DNA of 64,000 nt from Marsupella aquatica (Eukaryota > Plantae > Marchantiophyta), in assembly GCA_973895155.1 (NCBI GenBank), contig OZ316897.1, forward strand, positions 6,934,470 to 6,998,469, read 5' to 3'. The translations under genes were made by a program, and so were the position numbers. Shown here piece after piece: positions 62,981 to 64,000 of the stretch (position 1 is its first letter; the number at the start of each line of letters is the position of its first letter). Below the pieces are notes generated by a model, which had not been told where the DNA came from, searched no databases, and saw nothing but the letters and a program-made list of their open reading frames with translations.

Positions 62981-64000
62981 ATGACTGACCTTACGCCGAG
63001 GGAAGAAAGAGTGATTCAACGGGAGAGAGCTCGACTGCAGCAGCTCGCCGGGTGGCATGATACACAGCAACTGAGAGGGGCAGAAAGAGCTGGTAGCTCC
63101 GAAACTGGAAGTGGCGTCGAAGAAGACATACCAGAAGAAGAGTCGGTAAGGAGAAGTGAGTCTCCAACCGACATGGGGGAACCAGAGGCACGGCCAGACG
63201 AGAGGCCAGGGACTAGATTGAGCCAGCGGTCGCGCATACATTACAAGGCATTTCATGGGAGAGGAGATGAGGATCCGGACGAATGGTTGGATGATTTCGA
63301 GGGAACCACTACAGCAAATGGAGAATCGGCCATCAAGATGCAGATTCTTCCCGGCCTGTTCAAGGGTGAGGCTAGGCCTTGGTACAGAGCATTAGATGTG
63401 GAAGATCAAGCCATCTGGGATATCTTCAAAACACTCTTTGTTAAGGAGTTTCGACCCATTGGAACTTCAGAACTAGCAGTGCTGAAGTTGGGACAACTTC
63501 GGTTCAAGGAGAACAAATCCTTCAGGAAGTTCTTGCAACGCTTTCAGAAACTGGTAAGACGTACAAAGACCAATGCATCTGAAGGTATGCAACTTCAATG
63601 GTTGGTGAATGCTTTGCCACAGAAGATGAGTTTTGCAATTAGGAAGGAGAACCCGGAGACCTTAGCCGAAGCAATTAAGGATATTCAATTATACATTAAT
63701 GCAGATATCACAAGCCGGAAGAAACAGCTTAAGTCTGAGAGTTCCTCATCAGAGGAGGGATCACCCCATAAGAAAAAAGATAAGAAGAAGAAACATTCCA
63801 AGAAGTCTAGAAGTGATAAGTCAAGCTCGGATAGTGGGAGTAGCAAGAGTGAGTCATCTTCTAGTTCTGAAGAAGAAAAAACTAGGAAAAGGAAGGGCAG
63901 AAGGAGAGGGAAGACGAAAGTCAAGATGGAGGCTAAGCCACCAGATAACATCGTAGCCCTTACCGAGCAACTTAAGGCTATCATTGCAGAGGTAAAACCA
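62981..64000 (+). CDS. gag: Gag of copy 3 (open to window end)
   Basis: ATG at 62981, near-identical to 891 onward but without the frameshift; no stop before the edge. Confidence 0.92.
   Translation, partial: MTDLTPREERVIQRERARLQQLAGWHDTQQLRGAERAGSSETGSGVEEDIPEEESVRRSESPTDMGEPEARPDERPGTRLSQRSRIHYKAFHGRGDEDPDEWLDDFEGTTTANGESAIKMQILPGLFKGEARPWYRALDVEDQAIWDIFKTLFVKEFRPIGTSELAVLKLGQLRFKENKSFRKFLQRFQKLVRRTKTNASEGMQLQWLVNALPQKMSFAIRKENPETLAEAIKDIQLYINADITSRKKQLKSESSSSEEGSPHKKKDKKKKHSKKSRSDKSSSDSGSSKSESSSSSEEEKTRKRKGRRRGKTKVKMEAKPPDNIVALTEQLKAIIAEVKP

Overview
Eukaryotic (land-plant-like) heterochromatic window made almost entirely of nested transposable elements; no intact host gene, rRNA, tRNA or CRISPR array is supported. 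The dominant element is a non-chromoviral, Athila-like Ty3/Gypsy retrotransposon (family 1) with an unusual design. Its LTR is about 4.6 kb (TGTGATGC...GCACCACA; boundaries fixed by PBS, PPT and two solo LTRs with 5-bp TSDs) and carries a complete gene of about 1,100 aa inside it. A second, highly diverged family (family 3, 4.0-kb solo LTR at 51494-55508) has a homologous gene inside its LTR, and a third (family 2, 2.4 kb) appears non-coding. All three share a covarying hairpin motif near the LTR 3' end. Family 1 appears to express RT-RH-IN through a -1 frameshift (G GAT TTT, 10-bp stem, possible pseudoknot) placed after the protease, and it has repeatedly inserted into its own LTRs. The background is several fragmented CACTA (En/Spm) DNA transposons, one lying next to PHD-finger, tandem-BRCT and F-box-like gene fragments. 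All domain and lineage calls come from motif recognition by eye; no database search was run.
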